Shown here: positions 1 to 10,501 of the stretch, in pieces | Layout of the letters: every line of letters begins with the position of its first letter | Numbering within the stretch: position 1 is the stretch's first letter | From: Longimicrobiales bacterium | Lineage (GTDB): Bacteria > Gemmatimonadota > Gemmatimonadetes > Longimicrobiales > Gaopeijiaceae | Length of the DNA stretch: 64,000 bases | Direction: 5' to 3' | NCBI GenBank assembly: GCA_965248195.1 | Contig: CBDFIQ010000001.1 | Span: 1,312,001 to 1,376,000, forward strand | Program-made: the position numbers and the translations under genes | Notes under the pieces: model-generated | The model's input: only the letters and a program-made list of their open reading frames with translations | Told to the model about the DNA's origin: nothing | The model's database searches: none

Positions 1-184
1 GGTCGTCGGACCATGGGTCGGTCTCAGCTCGATAGTTGTACAGCGCTTTGTTCCGGCGTCCTGCGAACAAACGGCTACCCTCCGAGACGATAACGAAAGG
101 GGGTCGCTCTCTTGACCCGGACTCTCTGCCAGTGTTCCATAGTGTCTCGACGGTCCTCGCTGGTTGAACCCATGGCCCATATTC

Positions 185-1186
185 ATGAAAGCGATTATTC
201 CACTGGCTGGAAAGGGTACTCGTCTTCGCCCGCACACGTACACCACACCTAAGCCGCTGATTCGCGTCGCGGGACGGCCGGTCATGAGCTACATCCTCGA
301 TGACCTCGCCGAGCTCGGAGTGGACGAGATCGTCTTCGTGGTCGGTTACATGCGAGAGACGATCGAGAGCTATGTCGCCGAGGCGTATCCGAACATCACG
401 GCTCACTACGTTTTCCAGGACGTTCAGGATGGGACGGCCGGCGCCGTGAAGTTGGCGGAGCCGTTCGTGGATGAAGACGTGCTGATCATCTTCGTGGATA
501 CGCTCTTCGATGCGGATCTTGCGCTGGTTCGCAGCGTCGCCAAGACCGCGGGGGGCGTCATCTGGGCAAAGGAGGTGGAGGATTACCAGCGGTACGGGGT
601 GATCCTCACCGACGAGGAGGGCCACATGGTCCGAATCGTCGAGAAGCCTTCGGAGCCGATCTCCAAGCTCGCCAACATCGGGCTCCAATACATCAAGGAC
701 TGGCGGCTCCTCTTTGCGGGAGTCCGGGACACGCTGGACGCCGGCCCCGGACCGTCCGGCGAGTTCTATCTGACCGATGCTTTCCAGTACATGGTTGACC
801 ATGGCTCGAAGATCCAGGTGGCGCCCGTCGCGGGCTGGTACGACTGCGGGGAGCCAGGGACGCTGATCGAGACGAATCGGCATTTGCTGCTCGCAGGGCG
901 AAGCGGAGTCGCGGATTCTGCTACCCTGGAGGGTTCAACCTTGAACGATCCCGTTCGCGTGGAGGAGGGCGCCGTGGTGCGTAACTCGGTCCTCGGACCC
1001 AACGTGACGGTTGAAGCGGGAGCCCGGGTCGAGGATTCGACCGTGGCCGACACAATTTTGGGCGCGGGCTGCACGGTCGTCGGCTCCACACTCCACGACT
1101 CTCTCGTGGGTTCGGAGTCGAGGGTCACGGCGTACCGCGGACGCCTCAGCGTCGGCGATCATTCGGGCGTGGAGGGGAGAGACTAG
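185..1186 (+). CDS. Sugar-1-phosphate nucleotidyltransferase (glucose-1-phosphate thymidylyltransferase-like) with C-terminal left-handed beta-helix
   Basis: N-terminal MKAIIPLAGKGTRLRPHT..PKPL signature, IVEKP motif, hexapeptide-like C-terminus; ATG at 185 preferred over TTG at 164. Confidence 0.9.
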   Translation: MKAIIPLAGKGTRLRPHTYTTPKPLIRVAGRPVMSYILDDLAELGVDEIVFVVGYMRETIESYVAEAYPNITAHYVFQDVQDGTAGAVKLAEPFVDEDVLIIFVDTLFDADLALVRSVAKTAGGVIWAKEVEDYQRYGVILTDEEGHMVRIVEKPSEPISKLANIGLQYIKDWRLLFAGVRDTLDAGPGPSGEFYLTDAFQYMVDHGSKIQVAPVAGWYDCGEPGTLIETNRHLLLAGRSGVADSATLEGSTLNDPVRVEEGAVVRNSVLGPNVTVEAGARVEDSTVADTILGAGCTVVGSTLHDSLVGSESRVTAYRGRLSVGDHSGVEGRD

Positions 1187-1207
1187 CTTGGGAGCGCTGG
1201 GCCGTCG

Positions 1208-2419
1208 TCAGCCGAGTCCCGACACCAGCAGCACGGTGTAGAGCGCCCGCTGGATTCCCGCCGGACCGTCTTCGTTGCGATACCACTCGCTGGTTGTATG
1301 GACCTCTCCCGCCGAACCGCCGGCTCCGAGGGTGATCGCCGGGATCCCCAACGACATCGGCAGGTTGGCGTCGGTCGAGGCAGCCGTGACCTGAGGCTCG
1401 ACGCCCGCCGCTCGCGTGGCCGCGAGTGCGGCTTCCACGAGCGGGGAATCCAGATCTGTGGAGCCGGTCGGCCGGTGCCCCACCACGGTCACCTCGAGGT
1501 GGAGACGGCCATCCTTCCCGGTCACGCCGGAGTTCTCCTCGGCTACGGACCGATCCAGCACCGCCCGAAGACGCTCCTCCCCATCGTCGAGATGCCCGCT
1601 CGATTCACTCCGAAGGTCCAGATCGGCCCAGGCCTCGGCCGGGATCGCGTTGACGCTCGTCCCTCCTCCCCACCGTGCGACCGTGAGACTCAGCGCCGGA
1701 TCGGTAGGCTTCGGCCACGCCGCCAAGGCGCCCACCGCCCGCCCGAGCGCGTGGATGGGATTGGGTGCGCCCCAGTCGATCCACGAGTGTCCCCCCCGGC
1801 CCCGGAGGCCCACCCGAAAGCGCCGTGCTCCGAGGCCTCTCGTCACCACGTAGTTGAGTCCCGCTCCGTCCAGAGAGATGAAGCCGGCCGCCTCCGACGC
1901 CACCCCTCCAGCGCGGAACAGGTGACGCACGCCACGGAGGTCCCCACTCCCCTCCTCCCCTACGGTGGCGGCGAACAGGATCGGACGGCGCGTCGTGATG
2001 CCCGCCTTCGACAGGGCCCGAACGACCGAAACGAGGGCGGCGAGGCCCCGCGAATTGTCCGAGATCCCGGGAGCCCGCAGGATGTCGCCGTCGACGCGTA
2101 CCGTCACGTCGGTGCCAGCCGGGAAGACGGTGTCCAGGTGCGCCGACAGCACCAGCGGCTCTCGATCTTCAGCGCCGGGGCGGAGCGCGAGCACGTTACC
2201 GACCGAGTCCTGCTGAACGTCGGCCAGGCCCGCCTCATCGAGGAGTTCCGCCAAACGGCACCCCCGGGCCTCTTCGCCGAACGGCGGGGCCGGGATCTCC
2301 GTGAGACCGATCTGGTGGGCGAGCGTCTGGTCGTCGGTGGTGACGATCTGCTCGTTCGCCGCTCGTACGTCCGCTCGCTCCAGTAGCTTGCTCACGGAAG
2401 GCATCGTGTCGGGCAACAT
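1208..2419 (-). CDS. M20/M25/M40 family metallo-hydrolase (peptidase T-like)
   Basis: SAHLDTVF, GISDN, TVGEEG, GGHSW and C-terminal HTTSE metal-ligand motifs. Confidence 0.85.
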   Translation of the reverse strand: MLPDTMPSVSKLLERADVRAANEQIVTTDDQTLAHQIGLTEIPAPPFGEEARGCRLAELLDEAGLADVQQDSVGNVLALRPGAEDREPLVLSAHLDTVFPAGTDVTVRVDGDILRAPGISDNSRGLAALVSVVRALSKAGITTRRPILFAATVGEEGSGDLRGVRHLFRAGGVASEAAGFISLDGAGLNYVVTRGLGARRFRVGLRGRGGHSWIDWGAPNPIHALGRAVGALAAWPKPTDPALSLTVARWGGGTSVNAIPAEAWADLDLRSESSGHLDDGEERLRAVLDRSVAEENSGVTGKDGRLHLEVTVVGHRPTGSTDLDSPLVEAALAATRAAGVEPQVTAASTDANLPMSLGIPAITLGAGGSAGEVHTTSEWYRNEDGPAGIQRALYTVLLVSGLG

Positions 2420-2520
2420 CAGGCAAAGCTCGGGACGTGGTCCGGCTCCGTCAAATCCCGGGGGGCGGTCGGTGCCGTGACGCAGCGTCTCCTGTATCTT
2501 GAACTCCCCTGTCTGCGGAG

Positions 2521-3225
2521 GTGGCGATGAAGTGCTGGGTCGGTACGAGCGGCTTTTCGTACAAGGAGTGGAAGGGGTCCTTTTATCCGGAGGATCTCTC
2601 CAACGACCGGATGCTCGCCTATTACGGAGACCGCCTGAACGCGGTCGAGATCAACAACACCTTTTATCGAATGCCCAAACGGGCGACGCTCGCTGATTGG
2701 GGGGGCAAGGTTCCGGACGAGTTTTCCTTCGTGCTCAAGGCATCCCGCAAGATCACACATTTCAAGAGGCTCAAGGACACCCAGGACGAGCTGGGCTATC
2801 TCGTGGATGTCTCCAGTGAGCTCGGTGCGCGCCTGGGCCCCATGCTCTTCCAGCTTCCGCCCAACTTGAAGATCGACGTAGAACGCCTGCGGGACTTCGT
2901 CTCACTCTTTCCGGCGGGGCTCCGGGCCGCGTTCGAGTTCCGCCACGACTCCTGGTTCGCCGACGAGACCTACACCGTACTCAGCGACGCTGGGGCTGCG
3001 CTCGTCGTTGCGGACACGGAGGCGGACGAGCCGGCAGAGGTGGTGGCAACGGCGCCATACGGATACCTCCGCCTCCGTAGAGCCGACTACGACCCAGACG
3101 ACGTGGCGCGCTGGGCGCGCATCGTTTCAGATCAGGAGTGGAAGGATGCCTTCGTCTTCTTCAAACATGAGAACGCAGGCGCCGGTCCAGCGCTCGCGGA
3201 GCGGTTCGTGGCCGAGCTCGGTTGA
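2521..3225 (+). CDS. DUF72 domain-containing protein
   Basis: VGTSGFSYKEWKGSFYP, VEINNTFY, LFQLPP, FEFRH motifs. Confidence 0.9.
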   Translation: MAMKCWVGTSGFSYKEWKGSFYPEDLSNDRMLAYYGDRLNAVEINNTFYRMPKRATLADWGGKVPDEFSFVLKASRKITHFKRLKDTQDELGYLVDVSSELGARLGPMLFQLPPNLKIDVERLRDFVSLFPAGLRAAFEFRHDSWFADETYTVLSDAGAALVVADTEADEPAEVVATAPYGYLRLRRADYDPDDVARWARIVSDQEWKDAFVFFKHENAGAGPALAERFVAELG

Positions 3226-3248
3226 CGACGGGTGGTGCCTAGGCCCCG

Positions 3249-4040
3249 CTAAAGCAACGCCTGGATGAAGCCCCCGTCCACCGGGATCGACGTTCCGGTG
3301 ATAAAGCTGGCCCGTTCGGAGGCGAGAAACGCGACGAGCGCCGCGAACTCGGTGGGGTCGCCGATGCGTCCCATCGGGCTTTGGCCCTCCCAGCGCTCGA
3401 AGGCCTCTTCCACCGTGATCCCCTGGGTTTCCGAGATGTTCGCAGCCAGCCCGTCCAGCCGCTTGGTCCTCGTGAAGCCCGGCATCACGTTGTTCACGGT
3501 AATGCCGGCGGAGGCGACCTCATTGGCGAGTGTCTTTGCGAACCCCGTCACGGCCGCGCGGACGGCGTTCGACAGGATGAGGCCGTCGATCGGCTGCTTC
3601 ACGGCCACCGAGGTGATGTTGATGATCCGGCCCCACCCGGCCTTCTTCATCGCCGGGAGCACCGCCCGGGTCAGATTCAAGACGCTGTTGAGATTCTGTT
3701 CGACGGCCCCACTCCATGCTTCGACGGAGTGGCTTTCGAAGGGGCCAGGCGGTGGTCCGCCGGTATTCGTGACCAGGATATCCACCTTCCCGAAATCGGA
3801 TTCGGCCGTTTCCATGAGACGGTCCACGTCTGCCGGGTCGGTCAGATCCGTCGGGACCGCAACCACATCGGCGCCCGTCTCATCGTAGATCTCCCGACCC
3901 GCCTCTTCCAGGGGAGCCACCGTCCGGGCACAAATCACGAGGTTTGCACCCTCCTTGGCCAGTTCGTCGGCGACGGCCCGGCCGAGACCGCGGCTGGAAG
4001 CGGCAACCAACGCTGTTTTCCCTTTGAGACCCAAATCCAT
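3249..4040 (-). CDS. SDR family oxidoreductase (FabG-like)
   Basis: MDLGLKGKTALVAASSRGLG, NTGGPPPG, ITGTSIPVDGG; ATG at 4040. Confidence 0.9.
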   Translation of the reverse strand: MDLGLKGKTALVAASSRGLGRAVADELAKEGANLVICARTVAPLEEAGREIYDETGADVVAVPTDLTDPADVDRLMETAESDFGKVDILVTNTGGPPPGPFESHSVEAWSGAVEQNLNSVLNLTRAVLPAMKKAGWGRIINITSVAVKQPIDGLILSNAVRAAVTGFAKTLANEVASAGITVNNVMPGFTRTKRLDGLAANISETQGITVEEAFERWEGQSPMGRIGDPTEFAALVAFLASERASFITGTSIPVDGGFIQALL

Positions 4041-4054
4041 TCGTCTAGCTCCGT

Positions 4055-4118
4055 TTAGCCCCGCCAATAGTCGGTCTTAGCTACGCAGATAGTCGTCTTA
4101 GCCCCGCAGATAATCGTC
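4055..4118. repeat. Three degenerate 21-22 bp tandem copies of the cupin gene 3' end
   Basis: ttagccccgccaatagtcggtc / ttagctacgcagatagtcgtc / ttagccccgcagataatcgtc. Confidence 0.7.
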
Positions 4119-4469
4119 ATCGCCAGTCAGCCAGTCTTGTCTGGGAGGCACGAATACGTCCAGGTCCAGCGTGTCTTCGAGTGCCTCCGCACTGTGGGGC
4201 ACGTTGGAGGGAATATGTAGCACCTCTCCGGCACGCACGACCACCTCTTCCGACTGATCGTCTCCGATCCGAAAGAGCAGGGCCCCCTCGAGGACATAGG
4301 CGAACTGCTCGTTCTCGTGGTGGTGGACGGGGACCACGATTCCCTTGTCGAGGTAGATCTGGGCGAGCATCCCCTTCTCTCCGTTCACCCAGTGCCGGCG
4401 TAAGCCGGGTTTCATCTCCTCCATGGGCAGGCTCTCCCATGAAACGTGTCGGACGGGGGAATCACTCAT
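4098..4469 (-). CDS. Cupin domain-containing protein
   Basis: PVHHHENEQ...EG and IPSNVPHS cupin motifs; DVFVPPRQDWL end. Confidence 0.9.
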   Translation of the reverse strand: MSDSPVRHVSWESLPMEEMKPGLRRHWVNGEKGMLAQIYLDKGIVVPVHHHENEQFAYVLEGALLFRIGDDQSEEVVVRAGEVLHIPSNVPHSAEALEDTLDLDVFVPPRQDWLTGDDDYLRG

Positions 4470-4668
4470 GCGCGGATCCGGTCGGGGTTATGGACTGATC
4501 AGGGTGATGCGTCGAGAGCTAATAGAACCGCCTCCGTTTGGTGGGGGCAAGATGGTGTGCGCCGTCCGGAGACCGAGATTTGACGGGGACGGCAAGGATT
4601 CCCTAGCCCGTCGTGGCCGGTTGTGCGATCCTTGATTTTTACGGGTTGGTGGAATCGAGGAGAAGAGC

Positions 4669-5082
4669 GTGGCCGACAAATCCGACACCTCCGAAGCCCG
4701 CTGGCGAGAGATTCTCACGCCGGAGCAGTTCGAAGTATTGCGGCAAAAGGGTACCGAGCGGGCTTTCACCGGCGCGTACTGCGACGTGAAGGACCCGGGG
4801 ACCTATCGATGCGCAGGGTGTGGCGAGGCCTTGTTCAGCTCGGAGTCCAAGTTCGAATCGGGAAGTGGCTGGCCGAGCTTTTACAAGGCGATCGAGGGCG
4901 GACGGGTCCGTACGGAGGAGGACCACACCCTGGGTATGAAGCGGATGGAGGTCTTGTGTGCTAGCTGCGGCGGCCATCTGGGTCACGTTTTTCCCGATGG
5001 CCCGGCGCCCACGGGGCTCCGGTACTGCGTCAACTCTGTGGCGCTGTCGCTGGAACCGGATGAAGCTCCCGATGGGGAATGA
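4669..5082 (+). CDS. msrB: Peptide-methionine (R)-S-oxide reductase
   Basis: GTERAFTG, CxxC pairs, [27 protein letters not shown]. Confidence 0.95.
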   Translation: MADKSDTSEARWREILTPEQFEVLRQKGTERAFTGAYCDVKDPGTYRCAGCGEALFSSESKFESGSGWPSFYKAIEGGRVRTEEDHTLGMKRMEVLCASCGGHLGHVFPDGPAPTGLRYCVNSVALSLEPDEAPDGE

Positions 5083-5701
5083 CCCCATTGCCGGCCCGCG
5101 GGCGTGGACCGTGAACACGGTAGGCGCGCTACTTGCAGTAGTCATGGCGCTCGGGTGCGGTGGAACCGCCGAAGCCCCGCCTGCGGGTAGCTTCGAGGGC
5201 TTCATCCCGGACCTGCGCGGCGAGCGGGTAATGGTGTTCCCGGTGCAGATCCCTGCCGGTGTGCCCGGAGACGCGAGCCCCGAGATCGAATTTGCCCTTC
5301 GAACCAGGACCGCGGAGGTCGATTGGATTTTTTCGGATGAGCTCGAGGCGGTGCTGGCGCGCTCTCCAGCGGTCGACAGTGCGGTGAGCGGACTGCCGGT
5401 AAGCTTCTTTCTCAGGGCACAGGTACGGCGGATCGGTGATCCTCTGTTCGGTCAGCTTCTTCGATTGGGCGCGCTTGCCAATTCGGACATCGCCTTGATT
5501 CCGGTGACGGTCGGCCGTGGAGCGGAGGGTGCCGGTGGAACATCGGTCGTGGAGATCGTCGCGACCATTTTGAACGTGCGGACCGGACAAGTGATCTGGT
5601 TCGGGGTCGTGGCGGGCGCGCCGGGCTCGGTGGCCGACTTCGGATCGGTCGCTTCGGCGGTGGAGGCGTTGGCTGAAACGTTGTTGTGGTACGTGCAGTA
5701 A
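5072..5701 (+). CDS. Hypothetical lipoprotein
   Basis: Hydrophobic signal ending ALGC (lipobox-like); overlaps the msrB end; start uncertain (5060/5072). Confidence 0.65.
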   Translation: MGNDPIAGPRAWTVNTVGALLAVVMALGCGGTAEAPPAGSFEGFIPDLRGERVMVFPVQIPAGVPGDASPEIEFALRTRTAEVDWIFSDELEAVLARSPAVDSAVSGLPVSFFLRAQVRRIGDPLFGQLLRLGALANSDIALIPVTVGRGAEGAGGTSVVEIVATILNVRTGQVIWFGVVAGAPGSVADFGSVASAVEALAETLLWYVQ

Positions 5702-5760
5702 TAGTCGTGGAAGGTGCAGTAATAAAGTGCAGTGATAGTTGTTGTAGGTGCAGTAAATTT
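5693..5760. repeat. Imperfect 34-bp tandem duplication containing four GTGCAGT(A/G)A copies
   Basis: Copies at 5693, 5714, 5727 and 5748; the first includes the upstream gene's last codons and stop. Confidence 0.7.
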
Positions 5761-5790
5761 AGTGACATAAATGGCAACAAGTGATGGGAT

Positions 5791-6306
5791 ATGTCGATGA
5801 AGCGCAGGCCGATCATGAATGTGCTGGCCATTAGCCTCATCCTTGCGCCTTTAGCGTGCGAGGAGGAGGTCAACCTTGCCTTGCCCTCTGAGAGTGAGGC
5901 GGGGGCCCACTACGCGAATTCTTCGGACCTATCCGTCCGCCTGAGCGGCAACGTCGTAGAGCTCACGGTCGACCAGCCCCTCCGGCAGGTGCGCAGGGGT
6001 GGCTCTCTTTGGGCCAAGGTCGGACCCTACATCTACCTCTTCACAGACGAGACGGAGGGCCTGCTACGCGAGTATCCGGGTGTGTCCGGTGTGCGGGTCA
6101 TTACGCGCACGGGCGGCAGCAACGCGGAAGTGGCCCGCGCCTTTCTCCACAGGGACTCGTTGAACGAGCTCACCTGGAGACGGGCGAGGAACATCGCCGG
6201 GATGGCACGGACGGAGGGGACCCGGCGTCCGGCGCTGTTGGAGGAGCTCGTCGAGTGGGGTCAGGCTCACACAGAGTTCGGGTACAGCCAGGATTTCGTC
6301 GATTAG
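5791..6306 (+). CDS. Hypothetical lipoprotein
   Basis: Basic N-terminus, hydrophobic stretch, LAC lipobox. Confidence 0.7.
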   Translation: MSMKRRPIMNVLAISLILAPLACEEEVNLALPSESEAGAHYANSSDLSVRLSGNVVELTVDQPLRQVRRGGSLWAKVGPYIYLFTDETEGLLREYPGVSGVRVITRTGGSNAEVARAFLHRDSLNELTWRRARNIAGMARTEGTRRPALLEELVEWGQAHTEFGYSQDFVD

Positions 6307-6327
6307 TTTCGTGAGGGGGGCGTTGGC

Positions 6328-6678
6328 GTGATTGGGAAAGACCTCGACTCACTCGAGGCGACGTGCCTGCTTTGCCTCCAGACCAAGCCCCGGCAGGACC
6401 TCGACCGGCTGCTCTGGTGCGACGCGTGTATAGCGGATGCAAAAGCCCGGGCCCTCTCCCGGAGCTGGTACGTCGGCCTCGCGGTCGCGGTGGTGCTGGC
6501 GCTGTGGATTTGGCTGTACATCCAACCCTCGAACCTGGTGATCGGTGGATGGATCGGAACGGTCGTCGGCGCCTTCTACGTGAGCGCACGGGTCGTGCGC
6601 GAGGTGCTCTATGCCGTTGCGCGCATCCGCGGGGAGGCCGCCGACCTAGAGGCCACGCCAAAAGAGCCCGCCGAGTAA
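6328..6678 (+). CDS. Small membrane protein with N-terminal CxxC...CxxC (zinc-ribbon-like) and two TM helices
   Basis: CLLC and CDAC motifs followed by two hydrophobic segments. Confidence 0.65.
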   Translation: MIGKDLDSLEATCLLCLQTKPRQDLDRLLWCDACIADAKARALSRSWYVGLAVAVVLALWIWLYIQPSNLVIGGWIGTVVGAFYVSARVVREVLYAVARIRGEAADLEATPKEPAE

Positions 6679-6780
6679 CTTCTCACCCATCCCGCTCGTA
6701 TGTCGATGTACTTACTTTCTTGATCGATATGCGGGCTCTGATCCATATCCGGGCTCTTGAATCCACAGTGAGGCACACGC

Positions 6781-7965
6781 ATGGCCGGTAAATTCCAGGG
6801 GACCGACTTCTACGACGTCGACTCGCTCCTGAGTGAAGAGGAGCGCATGATCCGGGACACCGTGCGCGAGTGGGTCGAGGAGCGCGTGATGCCGCTCATA
6901 GGCAAGGCGTACATCGAGCGGCGCTTTCCGAAGGAGCTCATTCCCGAGTTGGGTGAGATGGGCATGCTGGGCGCGAATCTTCCAGAGGAGTACGGCTGCG
7001 CGGGCCTCAACAACATGGCGTACGGCCTCATCGCCCAGGAGCTCGAGCGCGGGGATTCCGGTATTCGGTCGTTTGCTTCGGTTCAGGGCGCCCTGGTCAT
7101 GTATCCCCTCTTCGCCTTCGGGAGCGACGAGCACAAGCAGGAGTGGCTTCCCAAGCTCGCGACGGGCGAAAAGATCGGATGCTTCGGGCTCAGCGAGCCC
7201 GACTATGGGTCGAATCCGGCGGGCATGATCACGACCGCGAAGAAGACCAACGACGGCTGGCTGCTGAACGGCACCAAGATGTGGATCACCAACGGCTCCA
7301 TGGCCGATGTCGCCATCATCTGGGCGCAGACGGCGGAAATCGGCGACACGAAAGGGATCCGCGGATTCGTCGTTCCCACCGATGTCGACGGCTTCTCGGC
7401 CCGCGACCAGAAGGGAAAGCTGTCGCTGCTGGCCTCCGACACCAGCGAGGTACATCTGGCGGATATTCACTTGCCCGACAGCGCCCTGCTGCCCGAGACT
7501 ACCGGGCTGAAAGGCCCGCTCATGTGCCTCACCCAGGCGCGTTTCGGCATCACCTTCGGGGCCGTGGGCGCCGCCATGGCATGCTTCGAGGAGGCCAGGA
7601 GCTACGCCAAGGAGCGGGTGATGTTCGGTGGTCTCCTCGGGGGCAAGCAGATCCAACAGATCCGGCTGGCGGATATGCTGACCAAGATCACGCAGGCCCA
7701 ATTACTGTGCATCCAACTCGCCCGGCTCAAGGACGCCGGCACGATGACGCCTCAGCAGGTTTCCCTCGCCAAGCGCGCCAACGTCGATATGGCGTGCGAC
7801 ATCGCCCGCGAGGCCCGGAGGCTCCTAGGGGCCAACGGGATCCTTGTCGAGTACCACTCCATGCGGCATATGGCCAACCTGGAATCGGTCTACACCTACG
7901 AGGGCACGCACGACATCCACGGGCTGATTCTTGGAGAGGCGGTGACGGGGATTGCGGCGTACTGA
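6781..7965 (+). CDS. Acyl-CoA dehydrogenase, glutaryl-CoA dehydrogenase-like
   Basis: ELERGDSGIRSFASVQ, GCFGLSEPDYGSNP, KMWITNG, TYEGTHDIH. Confidence 0.9.
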   Translation: MAGKFQGTDFYDVDSLLSEEERMIRDTVREWVEERVMPLIGKAYIERRFPKELIPELGEMGMLGANLPEEYGCAGLNNMAYGLIAQELERGDSGIRSFASVQGALVMYPLFAFGSDEHKQEWLPKLATGEKIGCFGLSEPDYGSNPAGMITTAKKTNDGWLLNGTKMWITNGSMADVAIIWAQTAEIGDTKGIRGFVVPTDVDGFSARDQKGKLSLLASDTSEVHLADIHLPDSALLPETTGLKGPLMCLTQARFGITFGAVGAAMACFEEARSYAKERVMFGGLLGGKQIQQIRLADMLTKITQAQLLCIQLARLKDAGTMTPQQVSLAKRANVDMACDIAREARRLLGANGILVEYHSMRHMANLESVYTYEGTHDIHGLILGEAVTGIAAY

Positions 7966-8097
7966 GAGGCGGCCGCGGGAACGACTTGACCGTTTCTCGG
8001 GGCTGGGTAGCTTCTAACGCTCTTCTTCGGGAGAGACGTCCGGTTGGAGGCGCCGGGGCGATGTTCGACCAACACCTCCTTTGACGTGAGAGATCTC

Positions 8098-10490
8098 ATG
8101 AAACCGATTTTCCAGGCGTTGCCGATACTCGTCGTCGCTTTCTGGAGCGGAGCCGTTCCCGGATCCGCTCAGTCGGCGGCGGGTGGCCCGTCCTCCGTAG
8201 CAGCCACGCCAGGGTTCGGGGGCGCGGTCGCGGTCGGCGATGGAGAAGTGTTCGTGGGCGAGGCCGGTACCAGATCGTGCCCGGGACCGTTTACGTCTTC
8301 CGTCGCCGGTCGACGGGGTGGGAGGAGGTGGCCCGTCTTCGCGCATCCGACGGGGTCCGAGATGACGGCTTCGGGGCAGCGATCGCGGTGGATGGCGAGA
8401 CGTTGTTGGTGAGTGCCGCGGCTCGGGATGAGGGCGGTGCCGTCTACGTGTTCGAGCGGTCTTCGGCTGGGGATTGGATGGAGGTGGACCGGCTTCCCGC
8501 GGTCGACATCGACCCTCGCGGTGACTACGGAGCTACGCTGGCTCTGGTGGGCGACATCGCGATGGTCGGGGCACCCGCTTTGACAGCTGCGAGCGCAGAG
8601 TCGTCGGCGGCAGGCGCGGTCTACGTCTTCGAGCGGTCCGGTGGAGGCTGGAGCGCCGGGGCCGTCCTGTCCGAGGGAGACGCAGGTAACGGTTTCGGGG
8701 CTGCGCTGGCTCTCCAGTCGGGTAGAGTCCTGGTGGGGGCGCCGCTGGCCGATAGTGCGGGGACGGCCTACTCGTTCAGTGGTGATGGGGGTCTTTGGCG
8801 GCTGGACGGTACGATTCTGGCTCGCGGGGTGAGGAGGGGCGACCGGTTCGGAGCCTCTCTGACTTCGGACGGCGACGAGGCTCTGGTGGCTGCACCGGGT
8901 CGGAATGGGGGGGAGGGGGTGGTCTTCACGTTCCGACGGGAGCGTGACGGCGAGTGGTCGTCTGTCGGACTCCTCATCCCTTTCGACGGTTTTCAGTCCG
9001 ACGGGTTCGGTGCGAGTCTCGGCTTGGGTGATGGCGAGGTATGGGTCGGCTCGCCGCAGGCCGGCGGCCGTAGGGGCGCCGCCTACGTATTTTCGCGTGA
9101 GATCTCGGGTGGATGGGGTAGCGTCACGAAGATCATGGATGCCACCGTCGGCTCGGGAAGCGGGTTCGCTGCCGCGCTCGACGTCGAGGACGACTTGGCG
9201 GTGCTGGGGGTGTCGGGGGCCGACTACGGGGTAGGATCAGCCGTCATCTTCGAGCGGGGCGCCGGCGGTTGGGAGCCGGCCGGCACTGTGAAGGGGGAGA
9301 TGGAGGGATACGCCGCCGTGCTCGGTGAGCAGATCGAGTGCGCCGATGACGAGGCGTCGGCCTTCGAGTGCGCCGGCTACGATCTGGTGTCATTCCTTCC
9401 CGTTGGCGCCATGGGCGTGCCGCGCGGAGTCAATCTGAACGACCTCTGGGGGTGGACGGATCCCGAAACTGGACGCGAGTACGCCTTGGCTGCGCGCCGG
9501 GACGGTGTGTCCTTCGTGGACGTCAGCGATCCGTTGAATCCGCGCTACCTGGGTCAGCTCTTGAGGACCGAGGGATCGCCGTTGGCTGCATGGAGGGACA
9601 TAAAGGTCTACAGGAACCACGCGTACATCGTGGCCGACGGCTCGGGTCTTCACGGCATCCAGATCTTCGATCTGACCCAACTCAGAAACGTGACGGAGCC
9701 GGTGACATTCGAGGAGACCGCGCACTACGCGGGTGTGGCCAGCGTTCACAACATCGCCATCAACGAGGAGACCGGTTTTGGCTACAGCGTCGGGAACAGC
9801 TCGGGGGGCGAAACGTGTGGCGGAGGGATCCACATCATCGATCTCGAAGAGCCGGCGAGCCCCACCTTCGCGGGTTGCTTCTCACAGCCGGGCACAGGAC
9901 GGAACGGCACAGGTTATACGCACGACGCCCAATGCGTCACCTACCGGGGCCCCGACGAGGAACACCAGGGCAAGCAGATCTGCCTCGGGTCCAACGAGAC
10001 CGCCTTCAACATCGTCGACGTGACGGATCCGTCGAATGCGGTGGCGCTCTCGCTGGCTAGCTACCCGGACGTCGCCTACACCCATCAGGGTTGGCTTACC
10101 GAGGATCAGCGGTATTTCTACCAGGGAGACGAGCTGGACGAGGGAGACGGCCGCAAGACCCGTACTCTCATCTGGGACGTCTCGGACCTGGATGACCCGG
10201 TGCTCGTGAAAGAATTTTACGGCACGCACGAGTCTACGGACCACAACATGTACGTGCTGGGCAACCTCCTGTACCAGTCCAACAACCGTGCGGGACTCAG
10301 GGTGCTCGACATCAGCGATCCCGAGGACCCGGTGGAAGTCGGCTTCTTCGACACCGTGCCATACGGAGACAACGGTCCCGGCAGCGGAGGATCGTGGAGC
10401 AACTATCCGTACTTCGAGAGTGGGATTGTTGTGGTCAGCAGTCGGTTCGAGGGTCTCTTCATCCTGAAGAAGAAACAGCCGATCATGTGA
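8098..10490 (+). CDS. Secreted choice-of-anchor B family protein with FG-GAP-like repeats; frameshift near 8270-8280
   Basis: Signal peptide and first repeat in the 8098 frame; the rest (GTVYVF, NDLWGWTDPETGREYA, YTHQGWLT, WSNYPYF) in the 8277 frame. Confidence 0.8.
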
Positions 10491-10501
10491 CGGGGGTCCA
10501 G

